Below are positions 21,801-30,753 of a DNA stretch of 64,000 nucleotides, one piece after another. The translations under genes and the position numbers were made by a program. The stretch covers positions 64,001 to 128,000 of IMG/VR virus record IMGVR_UViG_3300009408_000001, one strand, 5' to 3'. The notes beneath the pieces were generated by a model, which saw nothing but the letters and a program-made list of their open reading frames with translations, made no database searches and was not told where the DNA came from. This stretch comes from a virus. Each line of letters starts with the position of its first letter. Position 1 is the stretch's first letter.

Positions 21801-24525
21801 CACTCGGAGTATCCCCGTACTGTAACGCTATCTCTCTGTCATTTCTTTCAGCGGGGGATAACCCTCGTCTGATTCTACCCCATACTCCTTCTCCCTGTTC
21901 AGGTGTTGGTGGAACTGGATCCCCGGATGGAGAAGGGGGTTGAGATGACTCGCTCGCATCACCAGATGGAGAAGTTGGGGTTGGGGTTGGTGGTACCTCT
22001 GCTGGAGTTGGAGTTGGTGACGAAGGATTGGGTTCAGACCTACCGGATAACCAGTTGTCTATTCTACCGAATAGACCGGGTGGAGGTGGGGGTTCCACGT
22101 CGTCCGCATCTGATTCAGAACGGTGTGCATCTGGATCCTCTTCTGTTTCTTCGGCACGTCTCGCACCACCGAAGAAACCAAACAACCGACTGACTACACT
22201 TGTGTCTTCCTCGACTGCGGCTTCTGGTGGAGGTTGTGGAAGTATACGACCATCGTCCTCAATGTGAGCGTACCCTTCCGGACGTGGACCACGGAATCTA
22301 GCACGGTCACGGATATCCCGTTCACCTGCAATGGCACCCATGTGATTCGAAGCGTCTGTCCCTTCTGCGATGTTGGAACCCAGTCTCATGTCGTTCCATG
22401 CTTCGGCGGATATTGCAGAAGACCCGTCCTCCTTATAGGTCAGAAGGCCAAGTCGTTCGAGTGCTTCCCTTTGTCCGTTGTAATGCAGCGATGATGTAAC
22501 CTTATCTGCATCCAGGCTACGGGCCCGCATCCGTTTAAACTTCTTCTGGATCTCCTGCATGTGGCGTCCGTCACGATCGGCGTTAACCGCGTTTAACTTA
22601 CCACTGATCTCCTCACCAATCTCGGCACCGTACTTCTTGGTATAGAAGTCTTCATCGGAAAAGTCACTCACCGCAAACCCAGTACGTTTATCACGGACCA
22701 ACATCATCCGTTCTGCCAGTGCTTCGCGGGCTTCATCAGACAACGTACGGTCTTTATCAAGTTCGTCTACGGCATCGTAGGCTGCACGTTTCTTATGGAC
22801 AACGTCTTCATCAGATACCATCTTCTGCGCGAGAAGGTTGTCATTCTCCTCGGTGGTGATAAATGCTTCTTTCTGAGTAGAATAGACGATTCGATCACCC
22901 GACTCCCCGGCGATCTTAGCAACGGTTTGCAAGATACGGGAGAGGTACCCTGGAATGATCTCGTTGATACTGCGATGGGTTATCGTGTCGAATGACGTAG
23001 CGGTGGATAGGTTGTCTTCCAACTTACCTCCCATTGATAGGTCATCGGAATACGACGGGGCAACTTCCTTAAGGAACTCACCAGCCGCGTTTACCATCTT
23101 TCCAAATGCACCGGGTGTAGAAACTTCCACATCGTCATCATCACCGGGATTGGATGCCAGGTCGCGGGCTTTAGCTCGGGCAGATACTCCGTCGGTTACG
23201 CGTTTGCCAACCCGGGTATCCCCCATTCCAAATGCGTCTACGAACCAGGATATTGCTTTGTCCTTTTTCTTTCCGACATTGGAAGCCATGTTATTTGCAC
23301 CGGCCACCAAGTCCTGGTAGCCCTGCATTTCGGTAACGTCGCCACCCTCTTCTACAAAGGCTTGAAGTGCCGCTGCTTTGTTACCACTGTGGTATCGCAA
23401 CAGGTCATTTAACCTCCCGACGGATTTATTCTTAGCAAAGAACGAACCGAGTTTACGGGCGGCTCTCTCACCGAGTTTACCAGACGCGTATTCTACGGCT
23501 GCACCACCTGCCATTTGACCTGCGCTTGGTCCTCCATCATCATCCCCACTCATTTGTTCAGCCATGTCTGCCGCGCCCTCTATCCCGGAGGATAAAGTTT
23601 CGGCAAAGTCCATGACAACATCTTTAACATTGTTTTTCAGTTCGGAGGTGTACTTAGATGTAAACCGACCAATGCCTTCACTCATATTACCCAACATGCC
23701 ATCTTGCATAATCTCGCCAAGTCGCTCAGTGGCCTTATACTTAACGGTATCAGGTAATCCTGTGTTGTGCTGTATGTTCTGAAGGTGACTAATGTTGGTT
23801 TCGAAGAAGGGCTTTGACACCCCGAGTAAATCCCGCAGTGTGAAGTAAGTGCGATGTTGTAACTCTAATGACTTTCTTTGGTAGTTAACAAGGATGCTAT
23901 CCTGGTACCCTACCAACCTACCAATAGAAACCGCGATCTCTTTATCAACCGCGATTGTCTGGGTATGTCTCAGGTCAGAAGAGTGCTCGGAGGCCTCATC
24001 CCGTTTAACGGTATAATCATCCCTGACGGCATCAACCTCCCTTTCCTGAGTAAAGATCTCAGAAAGGGATGCTTGGATTGCGGATTCATCTGGGTCAACG
24101 TAATCTCTGGAGTAAGAGGTATCTTCTGCAAAGTCCTTTATCCTAGAGGCGATGCCTTCTGGTAGGATCTTCTCGATTACAGACTCTGTACTCCGTAGTG
24201 CGGACTTCATCGAGTCAACAGCGGGCTCTAAAGCCTTTTCGGCGGAATCGTATATCTCCTCGCCTGCTGAAGCGATTTCATCTATGTCATCTAGAGCACC
24301 AGCGTATCCTTTAGGGAGTACGTTTTCTCTGATGGCTCGTCCTGCTGCTTGTGCGGAAGAGGCAGACAAGGCTGTCTCTAATGCACCAGCCTTAACTTGT
24401 CCGGCAATGCTTCGGTCTGATTCGGCGGGGCCATCCGAAAGCCCCTCCATATCTGGGCCATCGCCAAAGTCATCGTCCATGTCGCTCATAAACTCATCTG
24501 GATCAAAATCTAGGTCGTCAGACAT
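12853..24525 (-). CDS. Giant gp181-like tail protein (tape-measure/lysin type) with M23 peptidase domain
   Basis: 3890 aa; divergent from vRNAP beta' as phiKZ gp181 is from gp180. Conserved N-terminal blocks QRKSLELQHRTYF and SINEIIPGYLSRIL; M23 motifs HKGIDIAA and HLHFE at about 14480-14820. Confidence 0.85.
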   Translation of the reverse strand: MSDDLDFDPDEFMSDMDDDFGDGPDMEGLSDGPAESDRSIAGQVKAGALETALSASSAQAAGRAIRENVLPKGYAGALDDIDEIASAGEEIYDSAEKALEPAVDSMKSALRSTESVIEKILPEGIASRIKDFAEDTSYSRDYVDPDESAIQASLSEIFTQEREVDAVRDDYTVKRDEASEHSSDLRHTQTIAVDKEIAVSIGRLVGYQDSILVNYQRKSLELQHRTYFTLRDLLGVSKPFFETNISHLQNIQHNTGLPDTVKYKATERLGEIMQDGMLGNMSEGIGRFTSKYTSELKNNVKDVVMDFAETLSSGIEGAADMAEQMSGDDDGGPSAGQMAGGAAVEYASGKLGERAARKLGSFFAKNKSVGRLNDLLRYHSGNKAAALQAFVEEGGDVTEMQGYQDLVAGANNMASNVGKKKDKAISWFVDAFGMGDTRVGKRVTDGVSARAKARDLASNPGDDDDVEVSTPGAFGKMVNAAGEFLKEVAPSYSDDLSMGGKLEDNLSTATSFDTITHRSINEIIPGYLSRILQTVAKIAGESGDRIVYSTQKEAFITTEENDNLLAQKMVSDEDVVHKKRAAYDAVDELDKDRTLSDEAREALAERMMLVRDKRTGFAVSDFSDEDFYTKKYGAEIGEEISGKLNAVNADRDGRHMQEIQKKFKRMRARSLDADKVTSSLHYNGQREALERLGLLTYKEDGSSAISAEAWNDMRLGSNIAEGTDASNHMGAIAGERDIRDRARFRGPRPEGYAHIEDDGRILPQPPPEAAVEEDTSVVSRLFGFFGGARRAEETEEDPDAHRSESDADDVEPPPPPGLFGRIDNWLSGRSEPNPSSPTPTPAEVPPTPTPTSPSGDASESSQPPSPSGDPVPPTPEQGEGVWGRIRRGLSPAERNDREIALQYGDTPSAVEETEAVVVESTTASLTNTSDLLERAAALLETAPIPREVEDESPKSAEELTALEKAKEHLSSGFSTADIFEGYSDLDPGFRSVVESIDGNSRTTHLLLQSIAEGVVSGGGSGGVKLGALASGVFGTMKSGVGTLTGLLGSYYKGMGKVAGAAASVLGGGVKTVTRGVTSYFTDDIYIKGDSEPVLTARGMKSGKYFDEESGDPIKSLKDIKGPVVNATGNVILTADDIETGLVEKGGKSISDLLSPVTRAVSGVFGVQTAIIKGAYGAGKWLLNTASRSLKRRDVYVDGESTPRLLSRLMLAGRYTDKDGRPIKAITDINGDVYEGENIVLTVDDIKQGLVDKNGVTLGSGGLLRALTGYSGKAIGKAFSMGSTIAKGLAKTTVKLNRGIFSATRGAGAAGLRGLKSKDSVGTGYMSADAVPHIDEQTGVLKKILTRIMEFSTSAPTVSLTLPAGMTMAAPAAPQLDAEGKPMPVDPDAPPAPAVMVIPATPGAPKENAIDKLGSLFNSAKNTVTESKIANSLVEKATTLKDSVVESTTLKDAMTRVSNLSEIGMTTVGWAYEAMEAGNKEEALTILKRGMSDASDQVTKSELAKAVKELEKDIKSSKAYKSASSTATAVADSKVAQSAKQMAKDTVSTITSSDFVTRVKNISETGRTSLEWGYEAYKKGNTDEALEILKRGMEDARDDVTKSELARVLKDVKTKVAKTKAYKATGKLATEVSESKAVKKVKTAATDLSDTITSSDFVTRVKNISEIGKTSLEWGYEAYKKGNKEEALTILKQGMADATDEVTKSELAKVYAQVEKTVKSTDAYKATAKKATQLKEDIKHSTVVANATEVLDDVANSDAVKRATNIAKVAGTSAEWAIDSARKGNYAEVGTILSDGAKLVGQEIAESDVGKAVGNSAVGKAVGSAVDVASDLAADVSDSALGQKAKEVAKTAASKAEELMESETVKDIVTHTKKLKEETLETIMASDTYIRIQDVKENTAASLEMAREAMAEGDHALAKEFMKEAAEYAAKSAKESKVGSEVGSALETAGKTISESTVVKKAKELKGKVADSSIGKVVKTATADVSDTVELASIALKEGNVSLAMEMLTGTESKPEGVKQAVTPAPATPAPLPGSSPVVIPTTPVAPVVPETVKDALSIAPSPTTLTTDSVKPTTVLAQDDITPGTTLTLSQINDAKIAAMMEDEPEEAPPAPVSQPTVVASPSVTTEETPVPVEHIPVKPTVVQVEGAAPDAPLTLSQINDAKIAAMMEEAPTGIPSVPTITQVHSEVDRVVDGKDTVSVETPPADRGEEESPGTPRELAQRHDDDMLSLMAASLNSADRVPVSLVQPGEKQEVSSKVEMTPVQVNDLEITRLMGESPVDETPGRTLAPVPLQEHNPLEPDDTVEEVQLPGTTTEESELVDPTLKSELLVQLRMRIDKGSSPLTWDDTVDLKDDVFKKAIALWKAEDYSGAMEALELTIPKKRKPPTEILPDTPLTLAQINDAKMEELMDGNSTGTDAPVIGPSRVPQRADSEAVSDLMEGITPNSPDTPLTLAQINDAKMEELMREGSTGAEVPVVVSATQEGIVNPPSPDTMVQEVGTSELSVSERNDLLIAQAMEEGPTPPETVTGMPEELRVALAEAEAAANTPFPGMEALLDVPTSDSTSPGIEEVSEPPLDEPRVFQPNSDYTTTRLERLRRRLRDATSFDTASANAAGLTEEDIVALELAAVEEQVDTPPTPSDNVGPEIITPGTEDVAGRTFVPNADFSGGSRMDRIRNRLSGLTSINVSGTSGANDAGLTEEEYRLLNPEPATAQPHTPELRASIAELEELIRNTPSSEVELLESRENLLSNLKEMQGTPTTTGTDGPGSNPGVSSGPENALLLGTIGELTSLIEQNQELGEDEREDMSTQTELLSDLVKMQEASTAGPNANDADGDGDRDGSWQDQEQEEDEQNRRNLRRANTLGSIPSVGGAVGWAAGKAGEYTNRAKDAVVNKAMDVGGRVVNKAKDVVIDTAKAVGGKVMQTVARVAATVAATSVATSVATTAATAAAALGVGTLMLGLGVLAVVGVAAWGAYKLTKHLTYGSDVQPVEGLRFLQYGVSLKDEDFIYAIRALEDQVRSEIDLDKNGSPTLNEEPAYFYEEHHEAFNRLLDDRAHGREWNTWFRKRFIPVFYTHIQAAYRLDDGVDILDIDDEMDDKDQAMFINRVQITEKDIKRGFNPYAVLATPFNGKPVYSMRDIVLDYTRRMLETLMSDSELDDFDFVPGLPGEDKNKSRNDKKRTDAEEKARKENERDPNPPTEKKGKKKAIGLVAGALVGASVIYGGGDDLGRKSKMMIPAEGRISSPYGWRKHPIGGERSFHKGIDIAAPKGTPVVAAMDGRVMRSHYSPSYGNVVYLRHADGTSTRYAHMNSRARGLHIGDTVLQGQLLGTVGNTGLSDGNHLHFEWRKNLKQWGPTTDPVSGFRSVDKTAAVNEIKTAEEIAKGSKVEGQSDGLEGVDTLAAKQSPPSAKLQKLTDSASPASDKGSSPTAPVPEKVVAKRHVVTKDEIETMSEGKTPVEIGVMQRKYTMVSAMLSDLGRPGITMQEVMDMKPEAVSALVAEKKALGNTMMANKYGTAPTMPGVTPVQPTTRVTPSVTRPTSLRHQVTAAEIEKATEGLSQLEIGVMQRKYTMVSNTLADLGKPGMSMMQVASMSATEVGALMEEKKSMGNTMMANKYGSSVTPPPTEKPRTSTLPYDRSKDLERNLNVEGSRLERALTAVNSIRKRSGKHPLTMRQFSKLSAREAMTFISDDQPTPPATRNELASEEHDAMVARVNAKQLPPEERVTVKEPVSKPPEGITVASKLQTMRDEQDAKEMAYRASRRQESVKFTPVPVTRRRPEAEVSLTPRKRLSASDGLALRHMDLASRTRDDTVGAMKQQIALSIAAEEQRNTMINNQERMIEKLETIASKDTTIVVKGDSSGNSNDSIKKALPNTDTTVFKSVVDFKS
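13671..14160 (-). repeat. Two coding repeats, 309-bp period
   Basis: EIGVMQRKYTMVS...GNTMMANKYG occurs twice; DNA identity at 13671 and 13980. Confidence 0.9.
17131..18270 (-). repeat. Four LTL(A/S)QINDAK(M/I)xx(L/M)M coding repeats
   Basis: 57-bp identical pair at 17131/17299 and about 50-bp identical pair at 18017/18218. Confidence 0.9.
19400..20200 (-). repeat. Three tandem 306-bp (102-aa) helical repeats
   Basis: TTCAGACTTGGT anchor at 19411, 19717 and 20023; (SLEW/TVGW)xYEAxxxGNxxEALxILKxGMxDA. Confidence 0.9.
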
Positions 24526-24572
24526 GACAATACTCCTTATATGTTCAAAATATTTGCTAAGAAGGGCCTACT

Positions 24573-26207
24573 ATGAAACAGAAAAAACTCCCGTTTAACA
24601 TTTCCATCCTAACCCCAGACCGTAATAGGATTCGGGGTCTTCTTCCTGTACAGGTGTTGGACATGTACGATAACGTGTCCGGAGAATTCCACCCACAGGG
24701 ACTTTACTCTAATGAAATCTTTGGTCGACCTGGTACACCGGAACGAAGTGAACGCCATGGATTCATGAACTTACGTACTACGTTGTTCCATCCTAAGTTG
24801 TACATCGAGTTAACCCGGTTGAAGTCTCTGTACGGGGATATCTTATCCGGGCGTGGCTTTGCGGTATGGGATAAGAAACTAAGGGACTTTGTTAAGTCAG
24901 ACGTGATCAACGGTGAAACGGGGTATGCTTTCTTCATGGAGCACTTCACCGAGATCAAGTTCGTTCGAAACAAATCGCACCAACGTGACCTCCGGGTTGA
25001 CTTAATCGAAAAATTCAGAGCAGATGCGCTATCGGATTATTGGATCATATTACCTGCTGGATTACGGGATGTCCAGTTGGATGAGGAAGGTCGGCCCATC
25101 GAAGTAGACGTTAATAAGTCTTATCGTAAGCTACTGATGTTAGCCAACACGATCTCAGAGGCGTTTGTGGGCAAGTCTATCCCTATCCTAGATAGAACAC
25201 GACACAGTATGCAGATGACACTACAGGACATCTGGGAATACTTCATGCTCCTGTTCTCTGGTAAGAACGGGTTTATGGAAGCTAAGTTCGGGAGTCGTAA
25301 GATCGCAAACGGTACGACCAATGTGATCTCCTCTATGGACGTGGCTCCTGAATCACTGGATGGTCCGTCTGCGAAAGATGCCAGTGCCAGTACGGTTGGC
25401 TTGTTTCAGTATATGAAAATGACGGATGTTATCATGACTGAGTACGCGATGGTTAAGGGAATCGCAAGTTCATTAATTGAAACGGTTAACGCCACCAGCA
25501 AGTTAATTAATCCTAAGACCCTAAAGTTAGAAAGCCATGACACAACCGAGGTAACCCGTGTGAACTGGGGAACGCTCACGGGTAGACAAGGGTTGGTTAA
25601 CCGGTTTAATGACTCTAGGCACCGCCACAGACCGGTTTGGATTGACGGCAAGTACCTAGCCCTGATTTACAGAGACAACCGTTTCTTCAAAGTACTTTAC
25701 GACATTGATGACCTGCCAGAGTACATGGATAGGTCGAAGGTGTCTCCCTTAACCTGGGCAGAGTACTTTTACATCGAAGCCTGGTCATACAACGACCGTG
25801 TCCGGGGTTTCCTTAACAGGTACCCCATTACAGGAAGCGATAGCATCTACCCGTCTACCATTTATGTTAACACCACCGTGGTCACAAACCGCTTACGGGC
25901 GTTAGACGAATCGTGGGTTCCCGAATATGGAGAAGACTCGGAACTTCCAGAGTTTCCCGATACCGCTGGCGCGAGTGCCTTCATTGATACGTCATCTCCA
26001 CATCCGTTAAAACTGTCTGGCCTGGGTGCGGATTTTGATGGAGATCGGGGTAGCACAACAGGTGTTGCCTCCGATGAGTCAATCGCGGAAATAGACGAAC
26101 ATCTGAACAGTCCAGCCACGTACCTTGCACCAGACGGTACATTACGTATGTCATCTGGTACGGATCTGAATGTTTGGATCTTTAACAACTTTACTGGTTA
26201 CCAGTAA
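24573..26207 (+). CDS. Virion RNA polymerase beta' subunit, N-terminal catalytic part (phiKZ gp180-like)
   Basis: HPQGLYSNEIFG, GFMEAKFGSRKI and catalytic GADFDGD at 26025-26045. Confidence 0.93.
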   Translation: MKQKKLPFNISILTPDRNRIRGLLPVQVLDMYDNVSGEFHPQGLYSNEIFGRPGTPERSERHGFMNLRTTLFHPKLYIELTRLKSLYGDILSGRGFAVWDKKLRDFVKSDVINGETGYAFFMEHFTEIKFVRNKSHQRDLRVDLIEKFRADALSDYWIILPAGLRDVQLDEEGRPIEVDVNKSYRKLLMLANTISEAFVGKSIPILDRTRHSMQMTLQDIWEYFMLLFSGKNGFMEAKFGSRKIANGTTNVISSMDVAPESLDGPSAKDASASTVGLFQYMKMTDVIMTEYAMVKGIASSLIETVNATSKLINPKTLKLESHDTTEVTRVNWGTLTGRQGLVNRFNDSRHRHRPVWIDGKYLALIYRDNRFFKVLYDIDDLPEYMDRSKVSPLTWAEYFYIEAWSYNDRVRGFLNRYPITGSDSIYPSTIYVNTTVVTNRLRALDESWVPEYGEDSELPEFPDTAGASAFIDTSSPHPLKLSGLGADFDGDRGSTTGVASDESIAEIDEHLNSPATYLAPDGTLRMSSGTDLNVWIFNNFTGYQ

Positions 26208-26225
26208 CTCAAGAGGATAGCCCCT

Positions 26226-29200
26226 ATGAAGTACGACCAATACCTTAAGCAATGGACACCACTCCGTATAGACCAACTGGCCACGTTTAAGTCTACTAAA
26301 GACCGTGACCTGGACCTACCGGACTACTCTACAATCCACTACGACAGTGACAGCCCCTCGGATAACGGCATACGTAAGAGCCATCCCCTTCTTAACACCC
26401 ATAAGAAACACATCCGAGTTTACCACGTTACCGACCTGGAGAAGGCACAGGGTAAACCACGAAAGAGGTCCTTTAACTCGAACGGTGCAATCAAACAGTA
26501 CCTACGGGAACGACCCAGGGGTTTCTATAGGACACCTGACCTCAAACGGGTTATGCAGGATAGGAACAGTGCGGTCATCATTGATCGAAGTCTACTCAAA
26601 CACATGTGGGTTTACCAGACCTCCCGTTTGGCCTTTCTGGATGAATGGATTAACGACCTGGCTACCCTAGCGGTTCAGATTAAGAAGGTTAGTACTAACC
26701 GGGTGCAGTTCATCCCAGTCATCTTACCGAAACGTATTCCTGCAATCCAGGAACTCAAGAAGTTGTCTAGCAGCAAGCCAGAAGCTGTAATTCCTGCTTT
26801 GTCTGAAGAACGCATGTTAGACCTCATGTGGTTATGGGACATGGCAACCGGTAATGGAACAAGTGTATCATTACTGGACAATGAACACCTGGAACAATGT
26901 GTCGTGGTCATCATTGATCAAGATGAGGTATTTCAAGTACGGTTATCCAGCTTGGTTACATGGGGAATGGATGAACCCACTAAGTGCTCTATGCTTCTCC
27001 ATAAACGCATGGTTAGCATGGCCAGTAAGCGAATGGAATCTACGGTCGAGGGTAGTACTGAGGGCGATGGGGTAGCACCGGAACCGGTTGGGACGGATCC
27101 TATCTTACTGCCACCAGTGGAAGACAACGTGGGTGAGAACCGCATTAGTTTGATGGTCAATGACCTTGGTAAGTCCGGTAGTTTAACAGTGGCACAACAA
27201 AACCGACTCATCGGACTGGCGTCTTCATATAAGAAGATAAAGAACCCCAGTGGCAAGGGTACCGTCGCAGACGTTATAACTGAGCCCGCGATTGCTAATG
27301 CGGTAGACAGTACCCTCCAAACCTTACCGGACAAAACCAGTGTCATAGATAAGACCTTATTGCGAGCGTCAATTGACACTATGGAAAAAGAAGGTGTCCG
27401 TAACATTCAGAAGGATGTACTTAGTGCTGTGGTCAACATCCAACGGGGTGGAATCATTGTACGGGACATTACCACGGAACGGAAAGATGATGCGTTGAGT
27501 TCAACCACACTGTACAAGGTGAAACTTCAGCCAGTACGTGGAAGCGAATCTACCTTGTCTTTTGAGCTGCCTAATGTAAGTGAGGCGGGTGAGTTTCAGG
27601 TAAACGGTGTCAAGTATCGTTTGGATCCACAACGAGTTGACATACCGATACGTAAGGAAGCACCCTTTAGAACGTCCCTGTCATCGTACATGGCAAAGGT
27701 GTTTGTCACACGTAGTCAGAAGGCGGTCAGTAACTATGGCAGATGGATTCGTTCCAAACTGGCCAAAGATTCCATGGACCATGAGAATGGGGTGGTTACG
27801 GTACTGGTCCTTAATGATAATGTTCTTCCACAGAAGGCATTGTGCAGACATTACACGGCACTGGCCGAGGGCATTGTAGCCATGCGTGCTCATGGGTATC
27901 ACTTTAACTTCGGGTACATCCATCGAGAGGAAACCTTTGGAAAAGAGGTACTTGCTAAGTTAGAGAAAGACGACCGAATTGTTATTGCGTCTGGTAACGA
28001 TGGACACCTGGTGATGGACACGGATGGAATTCTTCACTCTATAGTAAAGGGAAAGGAAACCATGTTATCCAGCTTCCCCGAGTTCATCTCCCCAGGATGG
28101 GGTGAAGGCCCTGCGGAGTATGCCGAGCTTGGTATCTACGGAAAGGGTGTTCCGGTAGGGGTAGCTATTGGGATGATGGTGGGTCTGGAGAAACTTCTAA
28201 AACTTACGAAGTGTACCCACCGCTGGGTTGATTCAGGAAAGGCAGTCAACCTGGAATCCTGGGAATATCGCATTCGTTTTAAGGACGAGTCTCTGGTTGT
28301 GGATAAACGAAACATCCACGCATCCCTCATTGTCGGTGGATACATGGGCATAAAGAAAACCACACCGCTATACGATGTGAGTGCGTTTAATGACCCAGGG
28401 ACATATGGACTAGCCATGGAAAACGAAGGGATTGGAAGACACGTTGGTAAAGAACTCCATCTAATGGTGGATTACTTTGTGGATCCAGTTACCAAAGAGA
28501 TCTTAGAGGAGTACAACGAGCCAACTGAGTTTGTCCCCTTGTTGATCCGTGCTGTAGAGTTGCTCGTCACGGATAACTGGACAGACGAAATGGATCCGGT
28601 GTACATGCGTACTCGTGGTTATGAACGGTTCAGTGGGTTTGTGTACTCTAGGATGTTAGCAGCGGTTCGTGAACAGCGTAACTCCCCTGTACCCGGTAAG
28701 GCGAAGGTAAGTATTCCACCCAGAGAAGTATTGGCTGCGATCTTAGCCGATCAATCGGTTGTACTTGTGGAAGAAACAAACCCGGTACATGCTCTAAAGG
28801 AGAGAGAAGCGGTTACCTTTACAGGTGAGGGTGGACGTAGTCCTAGAACCATGGTTGCTAGAAGTCGTGTCTTTCATAAGCACGATGTTGGTGTTATCTC
28901 GGAAGGAACCCCGGACAGTGCTAAAGTGGGGATTCGGTCCTACCGAACACAGAATGCGAAGTTCACCAGCATGCGGGGTATGTCGGAACGATATGATAAA
29001 AAGGAAGACGGGCTGTCGTCTGCTTTCTCATCTACTGCACTGGTATCCCCTGGTGCCCTCAACAACGATCCCAAGCGGATTAACATGTCCAGCATTCAAT
29101 GGAGTTCTGAAGTAGACTGCATCGGTGGTAAGGTCATGCCAGTTAGAACTGGCGGTGAGATGATCATCGCAAACCGGGCTCCGGATAAGTTTGCTTACAC

Positions 29201-30542
29201 TGCTAAGTCTGCCGGGAAGATAGTCGGGCTGGATGCCGGTTCTATTACACTGAGGTACGACCACGACATTGACTTTAAACCAGGTCGGGTGTTCGAGTCA
29301 GATTACAAAACACATTATGACTTGAACCAAGTGATCTACGATGTGAATGGTAAACGAAGTGCCGAGGTGGTGAACCTTAAGGACTTAGTAACCGGGAAGG
29401 AAAAGAACGACGGTGCAAACTGTGTTCTCTTACTTACGATCGAGGGAAAGGTGGTTGTAGCGGAAGGCGCGTACTTGGTTACGAAAGCGATCAAGGATGG
29501 GAAACGTGCGGTACAGTGTTACATGGCACACGAGGGGATTACTAAGGATGCGGTTATCTCTAAGGCGTCTGCTGCTTCTAAGAAGATCGCAGACGTTTAC
29601 GGTAAGGATGGGGTAGATGATGTAACCTTGCCAGTAGGTACCCACATTGGACGGGGTGCTGGCGCGGTCATTTCTCACAAGATCGTTACTGACTTAAAAG
29701 TGGGACATGTCTTTAAGATAGGTGATGCTATTACCTGGAATGAAGGCCACTTTGCTCGTGACTACGCTAACCCAGGTGGTGTGAGTTTGCGTACGGGTAT
29801 TCCAACCGTAGTGTGCCTTACCGAAGCTTCTGAGACGTATGAGGATTCCTCTGCTATCTCTAAGGAACTGGCACAGGGACTGTCGACCAGCATCGGTAAA
29901 GAAAAGACCCTGCTCATCCGGTTTGACCAGGCCATTAATAACCTTGTGTCCGTAGGCGATGAGATAGAGAGCACGTCTATTTTATGTACCATCGAAGAGT
30001 CCGCTACTGCGGATATCATAGATGAGGACGAATCACTTGCTGGTTTGACAAAGTTGGCAGCCAGCGTTCCCAAGGCGAAGTTTACAGGGGTCATCGACCA
30101 AGTTACAGTGGTCTACATGGGAGATCCAGCTGAGGCAGATGAGTCCGTACAGCGTCTCATCAAGAAAGACAACTCCAGACGCAATGCGTTACGGCGGAAA
30201 CTGACTGAACCCGGTCTTCCTGCGACGGGTGAAATTATGAACTCCACATTTGTGGGTGGTCAACGGGTCACTGCAAATACGATGGCGGTTACCATCGTCA
30301 TCTCGAAAGACGCCGGAATGGTGGTTGGGGATAAACTCGTCGTGGATACGGCTCTCAAGGGAGTACCAGCACGCATTATTGAGGGTGGGGATACTATGGA
30401 AGACGGTACTCCGATTGGAATGTACATGAGCTACAGAACCATCTCGGCTAGGATCATGACTTCTCCTGAGAAGTATGGCCCATACAACTTCGCCTGTGTC
30501 AAACTGGCTAAGACACTATCTGATATTTACTTCGGGACTTAA
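26226..30542 (+). CDS. Virion RNA polymerase beta subunit, N-terminal/main part (phiKZ gp178-like)
   Basis: 1438 aa; NGVKYRLDPQRVDIPIRK, GVISEGTPDSAKVG, TYEDSSAIS and GDKLVV motifs. Confidence 0.93.
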   Translation: MKYDQYLKQWTPLRIDQLATFKSTKDRDLDLPDYSTIHYDSDSPSDNGIRKSHPLLNTHKKHIRVYHVTDLEKAQGKPRKRSFNSNGAIKQYLRERPRGFYRTPDLKRVMQDRNSAVIIDRSLLKHMWVYQTSRLAFLDEWINDLATLAVQIKKVSTNRVQFIPVILPKRIPAIQELKKLSSSKPEAVIPALSEERMLDLMWLWDMATGNGTSVSLLDNEHLEQCVVVIIDQDEVFQVRLSSLVTWGMDEPTKCSMLLHKRMVSMASKRMESTVEGSTEGDGVAPEPVGTDPILLPPVEDNVGENRISLMVNDLGKSGSLTVAQQNRLIGLASSYKKIKNPSGKGTVADVITEPAIANAVDSTLQTLPDKTSVIDKTLLRASIDTMEKEGVRNIQKDVLSAVVNIQRGGIIVRDITTERKDDALSSTTLYKVKLQPVRGSESTLSFELPNVSEAGEFQVNGVKYRLDPQRVDIPIRKEAPFRTSLSSYMAKVFVTRSQKAVSNYGRWIRSKLAKDSMDHENGVVTVLVLNDNVLPQKALCRHYTALAEGIVAMRAHGYHFNFGYIHREETFGKEVLAKLEKDDRIVIASGNDGHLVMDTDGILHSIVKGKETMLSSFPEFISPGWGEGPAEYAELGIYGKGVPVGVAIGMMVGLEKLLKLTKCTHRWVDSGKAVNLESWEYRIRFKDESLVVDKRNIHASLIVGGYMGIKKTTPLYDVSAFNDPGTYGLAMENEGIGRHVGKELHLMVDYFVDPVTKEILEEYNEPTEFVPLLIRAVELLVTDNWTDEMDPVYMRTRGYERFSGFVYSRMLAAVREQRNSPVPGKAKVSIPPREVLAAILADQSVVLVEETNPVHALKEREAVTFTGEGGRSPRTMVARSRVFHKHDVGVISEGTPDSAKVGIRSYRTQNAKFTSMRGMSERYDKKEDGLSSAFSSTALVSPGALNNDPKRINMSSIQWSSEVDCIGGKVMPVRTGGEMIIANRAPDKFAYTAKSAGKIVGLDAGSITLRYDHDIDFKPGRVFESDYKTHYDLNQVIYDVNGKRSAEVVNLKDLVTGKEKNDGANCVLLLTIEGKVVVAEGAYLVTKAIKDGKRAVQCYMAHEGITKDAVISKASAASKKIADVYGKDGVDDVTLPVGTHIGRGAGAVISHKIVTDLKVGHVFKIGDAITWNEGHFARDYANPGGVSLRTGIPTVVCLTEASETYEDSSAISKELAQGLSTSIGKEKTLLIRFDQAINNLVSVGDEIESTSILCTIEESATADIIDEDESLAGLTKLAASVPKAKFTGVIDQVTVVYMGDPAEADESVQRLIKKDNSRRNALRRKLTEPGLPATGEIMNSTFVGGQRVTANTMAVTIVISKDAGMVVGDKLVVDTALKGVPARIIEGGDTMEDGTPIGMYMSYRTISARIMTSPEKYGPYNFACVKLAKTLSDIYFGT

Positions 30543-30543
30543 C

Positions 30544-30753
30544 ATGAAAACATACACGAACACAGTAAAGGCACATCGGACAACCATGTCCCGTGCCACG
30601 TTGGCAAACGTCTTAGCCCTGGGTCGACGGGTTGTAACCAACCTAACCGGCAACGAGTTGGCAAAGGGAGGGGTTTGTCCTGATGAATACCTCGCTTCTA
30701 AACTGAAAGGGTGGCTGAGCGAGGAATCTGCGAAAGTGAGAATGGAATTATGA
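30544..30753 (+). CDS. Small hypothetical protein
   Basis: Fills the gap between vRNAP beta and the next gene, with an ATGA overlap. Confidence 0.6.
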   Translation: MKTYTNTVKAHRTTMSRATLANVLALGRRVVTNLTGNELAKGGVCPDEYLASKLKGWLSEESAKVRMEL

